Under the pieces are notes generated by a model. The model searched no databases, was not told where the DNA came from, and worked only from the letters and a program-made list of their open reading frames with translations. A DNA stretch of 64,000 nt from Polyangiales bacterium (lineage in GTDB: Bacteria; Myxococcota_A; Polyangia; Polyangiales; JADJQN01). Below are positions 38,602 to 48,994 of this stretch, one piece after another. The stretch spans positions 832,001 through 896,000 of the forward strand of contig CAXNJO010000001.1 of the NCBI GenBank assembly GCA_964202905.1, in the 5' to 3' direction. Each line of letters begins with the position of its first letter. The stretch's first letter is position 1. The translations under genes were made by a program, and so were the position numbers.

Positions 38602-40365
38602 ATGTCCTTCGATCTCCTCGTGGTGAACGGCACGCTCGTCGATGGAACCGGGGCGCCCGCGCGGCGCGCCGACGTCGGCATTCGCGACGGAAAGATCGCG
38701 GCCATCGGCGACCTCGCGGGTCAGGCGGCCACGCGCACGCTCGACGCCGCGGGCGCGCTCGTCACGCCCGGTTTCGTCGATCTGCACTCGCACTACGACG
38801 GACAGGTCTCGTGGGACGCCGACTTCCTGCCGTCGTCCGCGCACGGCGTGACGACGGTCGTGATGGGCAACTGCGGTGTCGGCTTCGCGCCTTGCCGCGA
38901 GGCCGATCGCGACGCGCTCATCGCGCTCATGGAGGGCGTCGAGGACATCCCCGGCGCGGCGCTCGCCGAGGGTCTGCGCTGGTCGTGGGAGTCCTTCCCC
39001 GAGTACCTCTCGGCGCTCGACGCCGCCCCGCACACGATCGACTTCGCCGCGTACGTGCCGCACGACGCGCTGCGCGTCTACGTGATGGGCGAGCGCGCGA
39101 TCCGCGGCGAGGCCGCGACCGACGACGACATCGCCGCGATGCGCGCGGAGATGCGGCGCGCGCTCGAGGCGGGCGCAGCGGGCTTCTCGACGGGGCGCAG
39201 CGACAATCACCGCTCGCGCAGCGGTGCGGCGACACCCGCGGCCGAGGCGAGCGCGCGCGAGCTGGCGGGGATCGCGGAGGCCTTCGTCGGCTTCGAGCAC
39301 GGCGTGCTGCAGGCCGTGTCCGACTTCGACATGGCCGCCGGCAAGGAGCGCTTCGACCCCGAGTACGACGTGCTCGAGGCGATGGCCGCGGCGGCGCCCG
39401 GGCACGCGCTCTCGATCTCGTGCATGCAGCGCGATCAGGACACCGATCAGTGGCGGCGCATCCTCGCGCGCGCCGAGCAGTCGACCGCGCGCGGGATCGT
39501 CACGCGCCTGCAGGTCGCGCCGCGCGGCATCGGCGTGATCCTCGGCCTCGAGGCGACCTTCCATCCGTTCATCGGCTACCCGAGCTACAAACGCATCGCG
39601 CACCTGCCGCTCGCCGAGCGCGTCGCCCTGCTCCGCGACCCCGCGTACCGCGCGCAGCTGCTCTCGGAGAAGAGCGAGAAGGTCGCGGGCGACGGCTCCT
39701 CGGTGCCGCCGCTCGCCGACACGCTGATCGCGATGATCGACATGATCGCGTTCCGCATCTTCCGCCTCGGCGAGAACCCGAACTACGAGCCGACGCCGGA
39801 CGAGTCGCTCGGTGCGCGCGCGCTCGCCCGCGGCGTGAAGCCGCTCGAGGAGATCCTCGACGCGATGCTCGAGAACGACGGGCGCGAGCTGCTCTACTTC
39901 CCCGTCTACAACTACTGCGGCCTCAACCTCGAGGCCGTGCGCGAGATGCTCGTGCACCCGCTCTCGCTGCCCGGCCTCGCGGACGGCGGCGCGCACGTCG
40001 GCACCATCTGTGACGCGAGCTTCCCGACCTTCCTGCTCTCGTACTGGTGCCGCGACCGCGCGACGGGCCGCATCCCCGTCGAGCGCGCGGTGCAGATGCT
40101 CGCGAGCGACACCGCGCATCACCTCGGCCTGCGCGACCGCGGCGAGCTGCGCGTGGGGCTGCGCGGCGACGTCAACGTGATCGACTTCGATCGCCTGCGG
40201 CTGCACCGCCCCGCGCTCGTCGCCGATCTGCCGGCCGGCGGGCGCCGCCTGCTGCAAGGCGTCGAGGGCTACCGCGCGACGGTCGTCGCGGGCGTCGTCA
40301 TCGCCGAGCACGACGCGCTCACGGGCGCGCGCCCGGGGCGGCTGCTGCGCCTCGGCGCGGCGTAG
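38602..40365 (+). CDS. N-acyl-D-amino-acid deacylase family amidohydrolase
   Basis: [37 protein letters not shown]. Confidence 0.92.
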   Translation: MSFDLLVVNGTLVDGTGAPARRADVGIRDGKIAAIGDLAGQAATRTLDAAGALVTPGFVDLHSHYDGQVSWDADFLPSSAHGVTTVVMGNCGVGFAPCREADRDALIALMEGVEDIPGAALAEGLRWSWESFPEYLSALDAAPHTIDFAAYVPHDALRVYVMGERAIRGEAATDDDIAAMRAEMRRALEAGAAGFSTGRSDNHRSRSGAATPAAEASARELAGIAEAFVGFEHGVLQAVSDFDMAAGKERFDPEYDVLEAMAAAAPGHALSISCMQRDQDTDQWRRILARAEQSTARGIVTRLQVAPRGIGVILGLEATFHPFIGYPSYKRIAHLPLAERVALLRDPAYRAQLLSEKSEKVAGDGSSVPPLADTLIAMIDMIAFRIFRLGENPNYEPTPDESLGARALARGVKPLEEILDAMLENDGRELLYFPVYNYCGLNLEAVREMLVHPLSLPGLADGGAHVGTICDASFPTFLLSYWCRDRATGRIPVERAVQMLASDTAHHLGLRDRGELRVGLRGDVNVIDFDRLRLHRPALVADLPAGGRRLLQGVEGYRATVVAGVVIAEHDALTGARPGRLLRLGAA

Positions 40366-40368
40366 TTC

Positions 40369-41148
40369 GTGACGCTGGCGCTGCTCGGCCTCGTCGCGCT
40401 GCTCGCGTTCACGGTGGAGGCGACCGCGGGCTTCGGCTCGGTGGTCGTCGCGCTCACGCTCGCCGCGTGGTTCCTGCCGATCGACCGCGTGCTCGTGTCG
40501 CTGCTGCCCGTGAACGTGCTGCTCTCGGGCTACCTCACGCTGCGGTATCGGCGCGACGTCGACGGGCGCGTGCTCGCGCGCCGCGTGTTCGCGTGGATGG
40601 TGCCGGGGATGCTGCTCGGGATGGCGCCTGCCGCGCTCGTGCGCGTCTGGCCCGGGCTCGCGGGCGGCGCGGGCTCCGGCGATCTGATCCGCGGCGTGTT
40701 CGCCGCCTTCGTCGTCGCGCTCGCCGCCGGTGAGCTGTGGCGTGCACGGCAGGGCACGATGGCGGACACGCGCGCGCTGCCCGCGCCCGTCGCGGCGACG
40801 GCGCTCGTCGGGGCGGGCGTGGTGCACGGGCTCTTCGCGTGCGGGGGCCCGCTGCTCGTCTACGTCGTCGGCCGCGAGCTCACGGACAAGGCGCGCTTCC
40901 GCGCGACGCTCTCAGCCGTGTGGCTGCTGCTCAACGCCGCGCTGCTCGTGCCGCGCCTCGCCGAGGGCGCGCTCGACCGCGAGGCGCTCACGGGCAGCGG
41001 CGTGATGCTCGTGTCGCTCGTCGGCGGCCTCGCGATCGGCGAGCGCCTGCACCACCGCCTCCCGGTCGCGCGCTTCCGCATCGCGGTGTTCGCGCTGCTC
41101 CTCGTCGCGGGCCTCGCGCTGCTCGCGCGCTCGGTGCGCGGTGGATGA
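40369..41148 (+). CDS. TauE/SafE family membrane exporter
   Basis: ATAGFG, GLFACGGP, FRATL; about 8 TM. Confidence 0.85.
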   Translation: MTLALLGLVALLAFTVEATAGFGSVVVALTLAAWFLPIDRVLVSLLPVNVLLSGYLTLRYRRDVDGRVLARRVFAWMVPGMLLGMAPAALVRVWPGLAGGAGSGDLIRGVFAAFVVALAAGELWRARQGTMADTRALPAPVAATALVGAGVVHGLFACGGPLLVYVVGRELTDKARFRATLSAVWLLLNAALLVPRLAEGALDREALTGSGVMLVSLVGGLAIGERLHHRLPVARFRIAVFALLLVAGLALLARSVRGG

Positions 41149-41160
41149 CGCGCGGCTCAG
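41113..41160 (+). repeat. 48-bp direct repeat, left copy (3' end of the tauE-like gene plus 12 nt)
   Basis: CTCGCGCTGCTCGCGCGCTCGGTGCGCGGTGGATGACGCGCGGCTCAG, identical to 42985-43032. Confidence 0.95.
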
Positions 41161-42984
41161 CGCCAGTCGGTCAGAGTCCGACGAGCCGCTGGGTCGATTC
41201 CGTTCGGCTTGTTCGACCGCGCGCGGTGACGTCGCGGTCGAGCAAGCTCGAGAGGCCCCCCGCTGATGGACTGTCGTGGCGCGAAACCGCCTCGTTCGAC
41301 GCGCCGGGAGGACCTGCTCGCGAACGACTTGCGACCTTCGTCTCGCTGACGAGGTGGTTGTCTTCGCGAAGCACGGGGCGTACGCGCAGGCTGCCGTTTC
41401 GCCCATCCTGCTCGACGATTCCCGCGCGCATCTCGGCTGCGAGGGACGCCTCCCGCACCTCGCGTTCGGTCTCGGAGTGGGCGAGCCGCCTGAGCACGCT
41501 GGGTCTATCCACGGCGTCCGTCAGGCGAGGGGCGACTCAAAGGCGCCTTGGTGCAGTTCATGGTTTGCTGTCCGGGGGATGACCCGGCATCCCAGGTCGA
41601 TGCGGTGGTTCGGGATACCGGTCAGCCCTGCTGAGAGGTGTCGACTCTTCCCGAAGGTGCGCGTCGTACCGATTCTGGACGTCATGTCGCTGGGTCGGTC
41701 GCTGCCCGCGGCGACAGCTTTGCTGCCGTCAGTCGCACGGCGTGCCGGCACGTCATGGTCGCAAGGTCACCGATGATTGTGGTCAGCAGCGCGACTTTCA
41801 GCGGGGTCGACCGTGCCGACGAGGCAGCAATTCGCGCCAAAGCATGGCTGATGTTGAGTTTGTTCAGGACCTGATCGCGGAGCCGGAAGCCCTTCGCTTC
41901 TTGGTGGTAGATCGAATCCTCGTGACGCCGATAGAGTTTCAGCGCTCCGGGGACGCTGACGATCCGTCCTCTGAGGGATACCTGTGCGAGGAGAGGGGTC
42001 TCGGACCCGGAGAGGTACGTCACCATGTTGCGGTAGTTGAGTTCGACCTCACGCAAAACTGCGGTTCGGTACATACCGTAGATTGCGAAGAACACATTGC
42101 CCGCAGGACTGCGGAAGAATATGCGCGTGTTGGCCGCCGCGTCGGCTAACGCGATGTCCAAGCGGATCGAAGTCAGTTGGTCCACCGAGAGCGGGTTTCC
42201 ATCGCGATCGACGTTCAGAATGTCGCTTGTGACGAGGACGACTTCGTCGTGCGCTTGCAGAACGGAGAACAGCGTTTCAAATAGCGTCTCTTCTTGAAGA
42301 TCATCGGCAGCAACCCAGATGAAGTATTCGCCGCGAGCCTCGCTGAGCACGAGCTGGAAGTTCGCGGTGGAACCTCGGTTGCGTGAGTGTCGAATCACGC
42401 GGATCCGTGAGTCGTGTTGGGCGTATTCTTGGCAGATCGAGGGTGTCTCGTCGTCAGAGGCGTTGTCCGAAATCACCACCTCGAAATCTCGGAAGGTCTG
42501 GTTCAGAATGGAGTCGAGCGTTTCGCAGAGGAACGACGCACCGTTGTACACGGGCAGGCCGACGGTCACACGAGGTGGATTCGCAGCGGCGGATTCCATG
42601 GATGCGGAAACAATACCTCGGCAGTGACGGACCATAAAGCGTCACGTTGGTACGGTCACGGCAAGGGGCGGTTGGGATCGTCACCTCAGTCGTTGAGAGG
42701 TTTTGTGCGAGATAGAGCGACGGTCGCATGCTCTCGATGTGCGTAATCTCGCCGCTGACTCCGGGAGACCGTGGCTCGAGCGCAGCGCGAGACGGGCAAT
42801 CCATGTTGGGACGGGCAAGGAGGTACTCTGACATCGCCGCGGTGCCGGTCCGCCTCCGTTGTTCGCCCTCTGCAACCTGCTGTCGGGAGTGCCACGGCAT
42901 CGGGTCCGCAACACTCCGGGCGCGCTGGACCGGCGGGAGAGTCCGCGGGGCTTTGCGACCGCGGCGGCGGGGGTCATCGCGGTG
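41161..42984. mobile_element. Low-GC genomic islet carrying a GT2 gene, flanked by direct repeats; no integrase
   Basis: Two 60-nt lines counted inside the GT2 gene are 48% and 53% GC, far below the flanks; bounded by 48-bp DRs. Confidence 0.7.
41682..42599 (-). CDS. Family 2 glycosyltransferase
   Basis: VTVGLPVYNG, SILNQTFRDFEVVISDNASDD, NRG, GEYFIWVAADD, YRRH. Confidence 0.92.
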   Translation of the reverse strand: MESAAANPPRVTVGLPVYNGASFLCETLDSILNQTFRDFEVVISDNASDDETPSICQEYAQHDSRIRVIRHSRNRGSTANFQLVLSEARGEYFIWVAADDLQEETLFETLFSVLQAHDEVVLVTSDILNVDRDGNPLSVDQLTSIRLDIALADAAANTRIFFRSPAGNVFFAIYGMYRTAVLREVELNYRNMVTYLSGSETPLLAQVSLRGRIVSVPGALKLYRRHEDSIYHQEAKGFRLRDQVLNKLNISHALARIAASSARSTPLKVALLTTIIGDLATMTCRHAVRLTAAKLSPRAATDPAT

Positions 42985-43032
42985 CTCGCGCTGCTCGCGC
43001 GCTCGGTGCGCGGTGGATGACGCGCGGCTCAG
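42985..43032 (+). repeat. 48-bp direct repeat, right copy
   Basis: Identical to 41113-41160. Confidence 0.95.
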
Positions 43033-43136
43033 GGATCGCGCGGATCCCTGACGGTGCGGTCAGGGGTGTGCCGTGGCGGCGCACCGTCGACGGGGTGCCG
43101 CGCCGAGACACGCCGCGACGCGCGATCCCCCAACGC

Positions 43137-43162
43137 AAAACGCCGCGCACGGGGCGCGGCGT
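43137..43162 (-). terminator. Rho-independent terminator of the 43221-43631 gene
   Basis: Minus strand ACGCCGCGC-CCCGT-GCGCGGCGT stem-loop running into a T tract. Confidence 0.65.
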
Positions 43163-43220
43163 CTCGGGGGGCTGACCTGCGGCGCGCCCCTCGTTCGGAG
43201 GGCGGGGCGCCGCGGGGGGC

Positions 43221-43631
43221 TCACATGCTCATGGTCATGCCCGCGTCCGCCGGGGTGGGCGAGGGGCACATCGCGACGCTGGAGTTGAAGCAGGTGCCCG
43301 TGCCGCGGTCGCAGCAGACGGGGAGCGTCGGGGTCGGGTTCGCGGGGCAGCTCGCCTGGCAGTCGGCGTCGGTGCTGCACGTGGGCACGCAGCGGCGCCC
43401 GAGGTCGGGGCGGCCGAGGTCGACGGGGCCGAGGTCGGGGCGGCCGAGGTCGACGGGGCCGAGGTCGACGCTGCCGAGGTCCGCGGGCGGCACGAAGCCG
43501 TCCGGGCGCGGACCGGCGTCGCGGACGCCGAGGTCCGTGGTGATCGGCGTGCGCGGCGCGTCACGCCCCCCTGCGCAGGCGGCGACGAGCGTGGCGAGTA
43601 CAAGAGCGAGGAAGGAAGTGGCGTGGCGCAT
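43221..43631 (-). CDS. Small Cys-rich lipoprotein with DLG pentapeptide repeats
   Basis: Lipobox VAAC; (P/V)DLGxx repeats; C-terminal Cys cluster. Confidence 0.75.
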   Translation of the reverse strand: MRHATSFLALVLATLVAACAGGRDAPRTPITTDLGVRDAGPRPDGFVPPADLGSVDLGPVDLGRPDLGPVDLGRPDLGRRCVPTCSTDADCQASCPANPTPTLPVCCDRGTGTCFNSSVAMCPSPTPADAGMTMSM

Positions 43632-43690
43632 GGCGATTCCGCCACACTGCCGGAAGGATTTGTGTCGATCAAGAGCCTGCGCATCTTTTC

Positions 43691-45493
43691 ATGAGTGTCC
43701 TCACGACCCCGCCCGCGGCGCCCCCGGAGGATTCCGGGGCCGGTGAGTCGCCGCTCGTGCGCTGGCTCGCGGCGCGGATCCCGCCCCGCGCCGGGGTGCC
43801 GTTGCTGCTGCTCGCGGGCCTCGCGGTGTTCTGGCCCACGCTGCACGCGGGCTTCGCGCTCGACGACGACGTGCACGCGGCGATGGTGCGCGGCACGTAC
43901 CCGGCGCCGCGTGCGCCCTGGGATCTCTACAACCTCGTCGACGACACGAGCCGCGAGGCGCTGCGCGCGCGCGGCGTGCTCCCGTGGTGGACGAGCGCGG
44001 ACCTGACGATCCGCTTCCTCCGGCCCCTCGCCGCAGGGCTCCGCTGGGCCGATTACCGGCTCTTCGGGGACGCGGGGGTCGCGCATCACGCGCACTCGTT
44101 TCTCTGGTGGGTCGTCGTCGCGCTCGCGGCGCGGGCGCTCTACCGGCGCTGGCTGCCCCCGCGCGCGGCGGCGATCGCGACGGTCGCGTTCGCGCTCGCT
44201 CCTTGCCACGCGATCCCGCTCGTCTGGCTCGCGAACCGCGAGGCGCTGGTGTCCCTCGGCCTCGGGATCCCGGCGCTGCTCGCGTGGGTTCGCTTCCGCG
44301 AGGAGGGCCCCGCACGCTTCGGCGCGCTCGCGGCCCTGCTGTTCGCGGGCGCGCTCGCGGCGGGTGAGTACGGCATCGCGCTCACGGGGTACGTGCTCGC
44401 GTACGAGCTGGTGCGCCGCGGGGACACGCTCCCGCGCCGCGCGCTCGGTCTCGTGCCCTTCGTCGCGCCGCTCGCCGCGTACCTCGGGCTCCGCGCCGCG
44501 CTCGGCTACGGGCCGATCGGCTCGGGTTTCTACGCGGACCCGCTGCGCGATCCGGCGCTCTACCTGCGCCACGCGCCCTCACGCTTCGTCGCGCTGCTGC
44601 TCGACGGCTGGTTCGCGCTCGATCGCGAGACCTTCCTCGCGTCGCTGTGGACGACCTTCTTCGTGATCGTCGCGCTCGGCGGGCTCGCCGTCGTCGGCCT
44701 CGCGGTGCGCGCGGCGTACCGTGACCTCGAGGCGCCGGTGCGCGCGCGGGTGCGCTTCCTGCTGCTCGGCTCGACGCTCAGCCTCGCGCCGCTGCTCGCG
44801 GTCGTGCCCTCGTCGCGGCTCGTCGGCGTGAGCGCGCTCGGCATCGGGGCCGCGGTCGGCCTCGTCGTCGCGCGGGCGTGGCTCCCTGCTCCGTCGCTGC
44901 CGCGGATCGGTGGGCTCGCGGGGCTCGCCGCGACGCTCCTCGCCTTCGTGCACCTCGCGCATGGTCCGGCGAGCGCGTGGCTGACCGGCAGCGCGTACCG
45001 CGCGTCGACGGAGCGCGAGGCGGCGCACCGCGCGGCGCTGCGCGCGCGGCTCGGCGCGATCGGGGATGCGCGCCTCGTCGTCATGCGCGGCGGGGCGAGC
45101 GCGCCCTTCCACCTGCCGTTCTCGCTCGATGCGGCGGGTCACGCGCTGCCGCGCAGCGTCAGCGTCCTCTCGCAGACGGGCCACGTGCTCGCGCGGCGCC
45201 TCGGCCCGAACACGCTCGAGCTCATCGCGGGGCGCGAGGACACGCTCATCCCGCTCGGCGAGGCGAACATCTACGTCGACCGGCACCGCGTCTTCACCGA
45301 GGGCGAGGTCATCCCCTTCGCGGAGGGCCGCGCGACGGTGCGCGCGCTCGCGCACGGACGCCCGCGCATCGTGGAGTTCGAGTTCGACCACGACCTCGAC
45401 GCGTCGCCGCTGCACGTCACGACGGAGACGTTCGGCGGTTTCGTCGACGCACGGGCCCCCGCGATCGGCATGGGCGCGCCGTTCGACCCCTGA
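43691..45493 (+). CDS. Polytopic membrane protein, GT-C-like glycosyltransferase
   Basis: GFALDDD after TM1, FLRPL, HHAHS, HAIPLVWLANR; many TM plus C-terminal soluble domain. Confidence 0.7.
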   Translation: MSVLTTPPAAPPEDSGAGESPLVRWLAARIPPRAGVPLLLLAGLAVFWPTLHAGFALDDDVHAAMVRGTYPAPRAPWDLYNLVDDTSREALRARGVLPWWTSADLTIRFLRPLAAGLRWADYRLFGDAGVAHHAHSFLWWVVVALAARALYRRWLPPRAAAIATVAFALAPCHAIPLVWLANREALVSLGLGIPALLAWVRFREEGPARFGALAALLFAGALAAGEYGIALTGYVLAYELVRRGDTLPRRALGLVPFVAPLAAYLGLRAALGYGPIGSGFYADPLRDPALYLRHAPSRFVALLLDGWFALDRETFLASLWTTFFVIVALGGLAVVGLAVRAAYRDLEAPVRARVRFLLLGSTLSLAPLLAVVPSSRLVGVSALGIGAAVGLVVARAWLPAPSLPRIGGLAGLAATLLAFVHLAHGPASAWLTGSAYRASTEREAAHRAALRARLGAIGDARLVVMRGGASAPFHLPFSLDAAGHALPRSVSVLSQTGHVLARRLGPNTLELIAGREDTLIPLGEANIYVDRHRVFTEGEVIPFAEGRATVRALAHGRPRIVEFEFDHDLDASPLHVTTETFGGFVDARAPAIGMGAPFDP

Positions 45494-45520
45494 GCGCCGG
45501 TCGAGGACGACGCGTCGTCG

Positions 45521-46705
45521 TCAGGCCGCGAGGCGCTGCCGGATGCGGAGCGCGGGCTTCTCGACGAGGATGTGCAGCACGTAGCCGAGCGCGAGCGAGC
45601 CGAGCATCGCGACCGCGAGGGCGAGCGGCCAGATCGCCTGCGGCGACCAACCCCGCGCGGCGAGCGCGTTCGCCACCGGGACGAGGTGCTCGATCACGGG
45701 GACGTGCACGAGGTAGACGCCGTAGCCGAGCGTCGCGAGCGCGCGGAAGATCGGCGCGGACAGAAAGCGCACGTGCGGCCCCTCGCCGTGCAGCAGCAGC
45801 AAGAGGCCGCAGAAGTACATCACGCTCGTCACCGTCCCCCAGAGGAAGACGCGCACGAGCAGCGTGTGTTCGTCGGGGAACATCGTGGGCCGCAGGAGCA
45901 CCCAGAGGCAGCCGAGCGCGGGGATCGCGAGCAGCCCGCGGTGCAGCGGGTGCGCGAGCCAGCGCTGGATCGTGTCGCCGTAGCGCGTGTGCACGAAGGC
46001 GAGGAGGATCCCGCACACGATCGTGTCGAAGCGCGTGTACGTACGGAAATACGTCGCGTGCATGAAATCGGAGTTGTCCCAGACCGGCTGCGACGCCCAG
46101 ATCGCGAAGCGCGAGACCGTGCCGAGCGTCCACAATCCGAAGAGCATCCCGATGCGCGCGCGGTCGCTCGGCAGCCGGTGCAGCACGAAGAAGAGCAGCG
46201 GCACCGTCAGGTAGAACTGCTCCTCGAGCGCGAGCGACCAACCCCAGCCCATCACGAGATCGTCGCTCGCGAGCTTCGTGAAGTTGGTGAGGTACGCGTA
46301 CTCGAAGGGGAGGTTGTGCGCCTCCTCCGCCGTCAGCGTCCGCGTGAGCGCGAGGAGCGTGAGGATCAGGTAATAGGGCGGGAAGGTCCGGAACATCCGG
46401 CGCAGGTAGAAGCGCCGCACGTCCTGGCGGCCCGTCGTGTGGAGCGAATGCAGCAGGATCGAGCCGATCAGGAAGCCGCTCAGCAGGAAGAAGAGGTCCA
46501 TCCCGAAGAAGATCCGCGTCGACGACGCGGCCAGCTCCGGGTCGAGCTCGGGGCCGTGCATGCGCCCGAAGACGCCGGTGATGTGGTACTGGACGACGCT
46601 GACGATCGCGAGGAAGCGCACGCCGTGGAGCGACGGATAGCGGTTGTCGAGCGGGTCGAGCGCGAAGAAGCGCCGCAGCGCGGAGGGTGTGGCGGTCGCA
46701 GCCAT
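45521..46705 (-). CDS. Acyltransferase-3 (OafA-like) O-acyltransferase
   Basis: LHGVRFLAI..V..YH, GMDLFFLLSGFLI, FYLRRMFR..P.YY, WSLALEEQFY, YGVYLVH, VEKP. Confidence 0.93.
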   Translation of the reverse strand: MAATATPSALRRFFALDPLDNRYPSLHGVRFLAIVSVVQYHITGVFGRMHGPELDPELAASSTRIFFGMDLFFLLSGFLIGSILLHSLHTTGRQDVRRFYLRRMFRTFPPYYLILTLLALTRTLTAEEAHNLPFEYAYLTNFTKLASDDLVMGWGWSLALEEQFYLTVPLLFFVLHRLPSDRARIGMLFGLWTLGTVSRFAIWASQPVWDNSDFMHATYFRTYTRFDTIVCGILLAFVHTRYGDTIQRWLAHPLHRGLLAIPALGCLWVLLRPTMFPDEHTLLVRVFLWGTVTSVMYFCGLLLLLHGEGPHVRFLSAPIFRALATLGYGVYLVHVPVIEHLVPVANALAARGWSPQAIWPLALAVAMLGSLALGYVLHILVEKPALRIRQRLAA

Positions 46706-46809
46706 CTCGGCCGCGAGTATTGCGCTCCGCGTCGTCGCCACAAGCGCCGTGCTTCGGGGCAGCGCGCGCTGCTTGCGCCGCGGGGCCGCGGTCCCCAGGG
46801 TACGCGCCC

Positions 46810-47700
46810 ATGACGCCGCGTTTCCCGCTCCTCGCGTACGCCTCTCCGCGCAAACTGCCGAAGGCGCGGGACGTGCCGGGGCGCGTCGTCGTGCTCGACA
46901 TCGCCTTCGCGGCCGACTCGGGCAGCGTGAGCTTCGCGCGGACGACGAAGCCCTTCCTCGACGCGCTCGGGCCGCGCCTCGCGATGTGGATCGATCACCA
47001 CGACCACGTCCTGCACGCGGCGTACGCGAAGGACCCGCGCTTCGTGCTCGCGACCAAGGCGCAGCACGGCGCGTGCCCCGAGATGGTCACGCCCGAGCGC
47101 GTCGCGCAGGCCGGCGCGATCGACACCGTCGTGTGCCACACCGACTTCGACGGGCTCTGCTCGGCGGCGAAGTGGATCCGCGGCGGCGAGGAGCCGTATC
47201 CCGGCGCGGACGCCGACGCGCGCGCCATCGACACGCGTCTCGGTGAGCCGGGTGAGCGCGCGCTCGTGCTCGACCGCGCCATCCGCGCGCGGCCACGCGA
47301 GGACGCGCTGCGCGGTCTCATCGTGCGCTTCCTCGTGGGCGGCGGGGAGGACGGCGGGCTCTGGGCCGACCTGCGGCGCGTCGCGGACGAGGTGGGCGCG
47401 CTCGAGGACGAGGCGCGGCGTCTCGCGCGCGGCTACCGCGTCGAGCGCGACGTCGCGGTGGTCGACACGCGCGGCGTGCCGGGCAAGAGCTACGACAAGA
47501 CGCTGCTGCTGCTGATCGGGCAAGAGCGCGCGCGCGTGAGCGTCGTGCACGACGACAGCAGCGTCACGGCGGCGGCGCGCTTCGACAGCGGCGTCGATCT
47601 GCTCGCGCTGCTCGGCATCGAGGGCGGCATGCCGACGCGCGTGAGCGTGTCCGCGAACCGCCTCGACGAGGTGCTGCGGCGCCTGCGGGCCGCCGGGTGA
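46810..47700 (+). CDS. DHH-family phosphoesterase-like protein
   Basis: VVLD, WIDHHDH, HTDFDG. Confidence 0.75.
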   Translation: MTPRFPLLAYASPRKLPKARDVPGRVVVLDIAFAADSGSVSFARTTKPFLDALGPRLAMWIDHHDHVLHAAYAKDPRFVLATKAQHGACPEMVTPERVAQAGAIDTVVCHTDFDGLCSAAKWIRGGEEPYPGADADARAIDTRLGEPGERALVLDRAIRARPREDALRGLIVRFLVGGGEDGGLWADLRRVADEVGALEDEARRLARGYRVERDVAVVDTRGVPGKSYDKTLLLLIGQERARVSVVHDDSSVTAAARFDSGVDLLALLGIEGGMPTRVSVSANRLDEVLRRLRAAG

Positions 47701-47719
47701 CGCGCCGCTGAATGGTGGT

Positions 47720-48931
47720 TCAGCCGCCGAGCAGCCGCGCGAACCACTCGGAGAGCTTGGCGAACACGCCGCTCCGCGCCGGAGCGGGCGCGGAGGGCGG
47801 CATCACGAAGGGCGTGCGCGCGCCGGAGTCGCTGCCGAAATCCGAGCGGTCCCGGATCACGGTGGCCTGCTCGTCCGCGGGCACGTCGAGGTCCGAGTCG
47901 CGCTCGCGCGGGAGCTGCAGCATCGCGCGCGCCCGATCGCGGCCGAGGCCGACGTCGCCGCGCTCGATCGCGCGCACCAGCCCGCCGACCTGCTCGCCGC
48001 CGTAGCGCCAGACGAACTCGGTGATCGCGTCGCCGTCGGGGAGCGGCCCGGCCGCGCGGGCGCCCGTGCGCAGCGCGTCGGCGAAGCTCGCCGCGTCGGG
48101 GAAGCGCGCGTCGGGGTCGCGGCGCAGGGCGCGCATCACGGCCTTGGCGATGCCGCGCGGGACGTGCGGGGCGACCGCGTCGATGGGCTCGATGTCTTCG
48201 AGGACGATCTTCTTGTAGACGTCGAGGAGCTGCTTGGCGCGGAAGAGGCGGCGGCCCGCGAGCAGCTCCCACGCGACGATGCCGAGCGAGAAGACGTCGG
48301 AGCGGCGATCGAGCTCGGTGCCCATCGCCTGCTCGGGCGAGAAGTAGCCGAGCTTTCCCTTGATCTGGCCGGTCTTCGTCTTCGTGATGCGCATCACCGC
48401 GTGCGCGACCCCGAAGTCGGCGAGCCGCACGCGGCCATCGACGCCGACGAGCACGTTCTGCGGGGAGACGTCGCGGTGCACGATGTGCAGCGCCTCGCCG
48501 CGCACGTCGCGCGCTTCGTGCGCGTCGTGCAACCCGTCGGCGGCCTGCGCGATCAGCGCGGCGGCCATCGCGGGCGGCCACGCCGTGCCGAGCCGCGACG
48601 CGAGGCGAGACAGCGGCGCGCCGACGACGAGCTCCATGACGAGGTAGGGCAGGCCGTCGTCCGCGCGGCCGAGGTCGAGCGTCTCGACGCAGTAGGGGCT
48701 GTGGATGTTCGCGGCGATGCGCGCCTCGTCGAGGAACATCTCGACGAAGCGCGCCTCGTCGACGAGGTGCGGGAGCAGGCGCTTGATCGCGACGAGCCGC
48801 TGCATCCCGCTCGCGTCCGTGGAGCGCGCCGCGAAGACCTCGGCCATCCCGCCCTCGGCGACGCGCGCGACGACCTCGTAGCGACCGAAGCGCGGCGGGA
48901 GTTCGAACTGCTGCGTGGAGTCACCGCTCAC
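47720..48931 (-). CDS. Hanks-type Ser/Thr protein kinase (soluble)
   Basis: GGMAEV, VAIKR, HRDVSPQN, DFG, SPEQ, SDVFSLG; start 48931 or 48937. Confidence 0.95.
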   Translation of the reverse strand: MSGDSTQQFELPPRFGRYEVVARVAEGGMAEVFAARSTDASGMQRLVAIKRLLPHLVDEARFVEMFLDEARIAANIHSPYCVETLDLGRADDGLPYLVMELVVGAPLSRLASRLGTAWPPAMAAALIAQAADGLHDAHEARDVRGEALHIVHRDVSPQNVLVGVDGRVRLADFGVAHAVMRITKTKTGQIKGKLGYFSPEQAMGTELDRRSDVFSLGIVAWELLAGRRLFRAKQLLDVYKKIVLEDIEPIDAVAPHVPRGIAKAVMRALRRDPDARFPDAASFADALRTGARAAGPLPDGDAITEFVWRYGGEQVGGLVRAIERGDVGLGRDRARAMLQLPRERDSDLDVPADEQATVIRDRSDFGSDSGARTPFVMPPSAPAPARSGVFAKLSEWFARLLGG

Positions 48932-48994
48932 GGGCACGCGACGCTAACACGGTCCGCGCCGGGGCCGATCGGTCGCGTGGCGCGGGCCGCGGCG

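Noticed and set aside
41171..41680. Short ORFs inside the low-GC islet as integrase/transposase remnants
   Set aside because: No recognisable recombinase or DDE motifs
43399..43482. 15-bp tandem repeats (also 33-bp repeats at ~11300-11400 and repeats at ~1250-1340, ~49240-49340)
   Set aside because: In-frame low-complexity peptide linkers inside CDSs, not CRISPR or non-coding arrays
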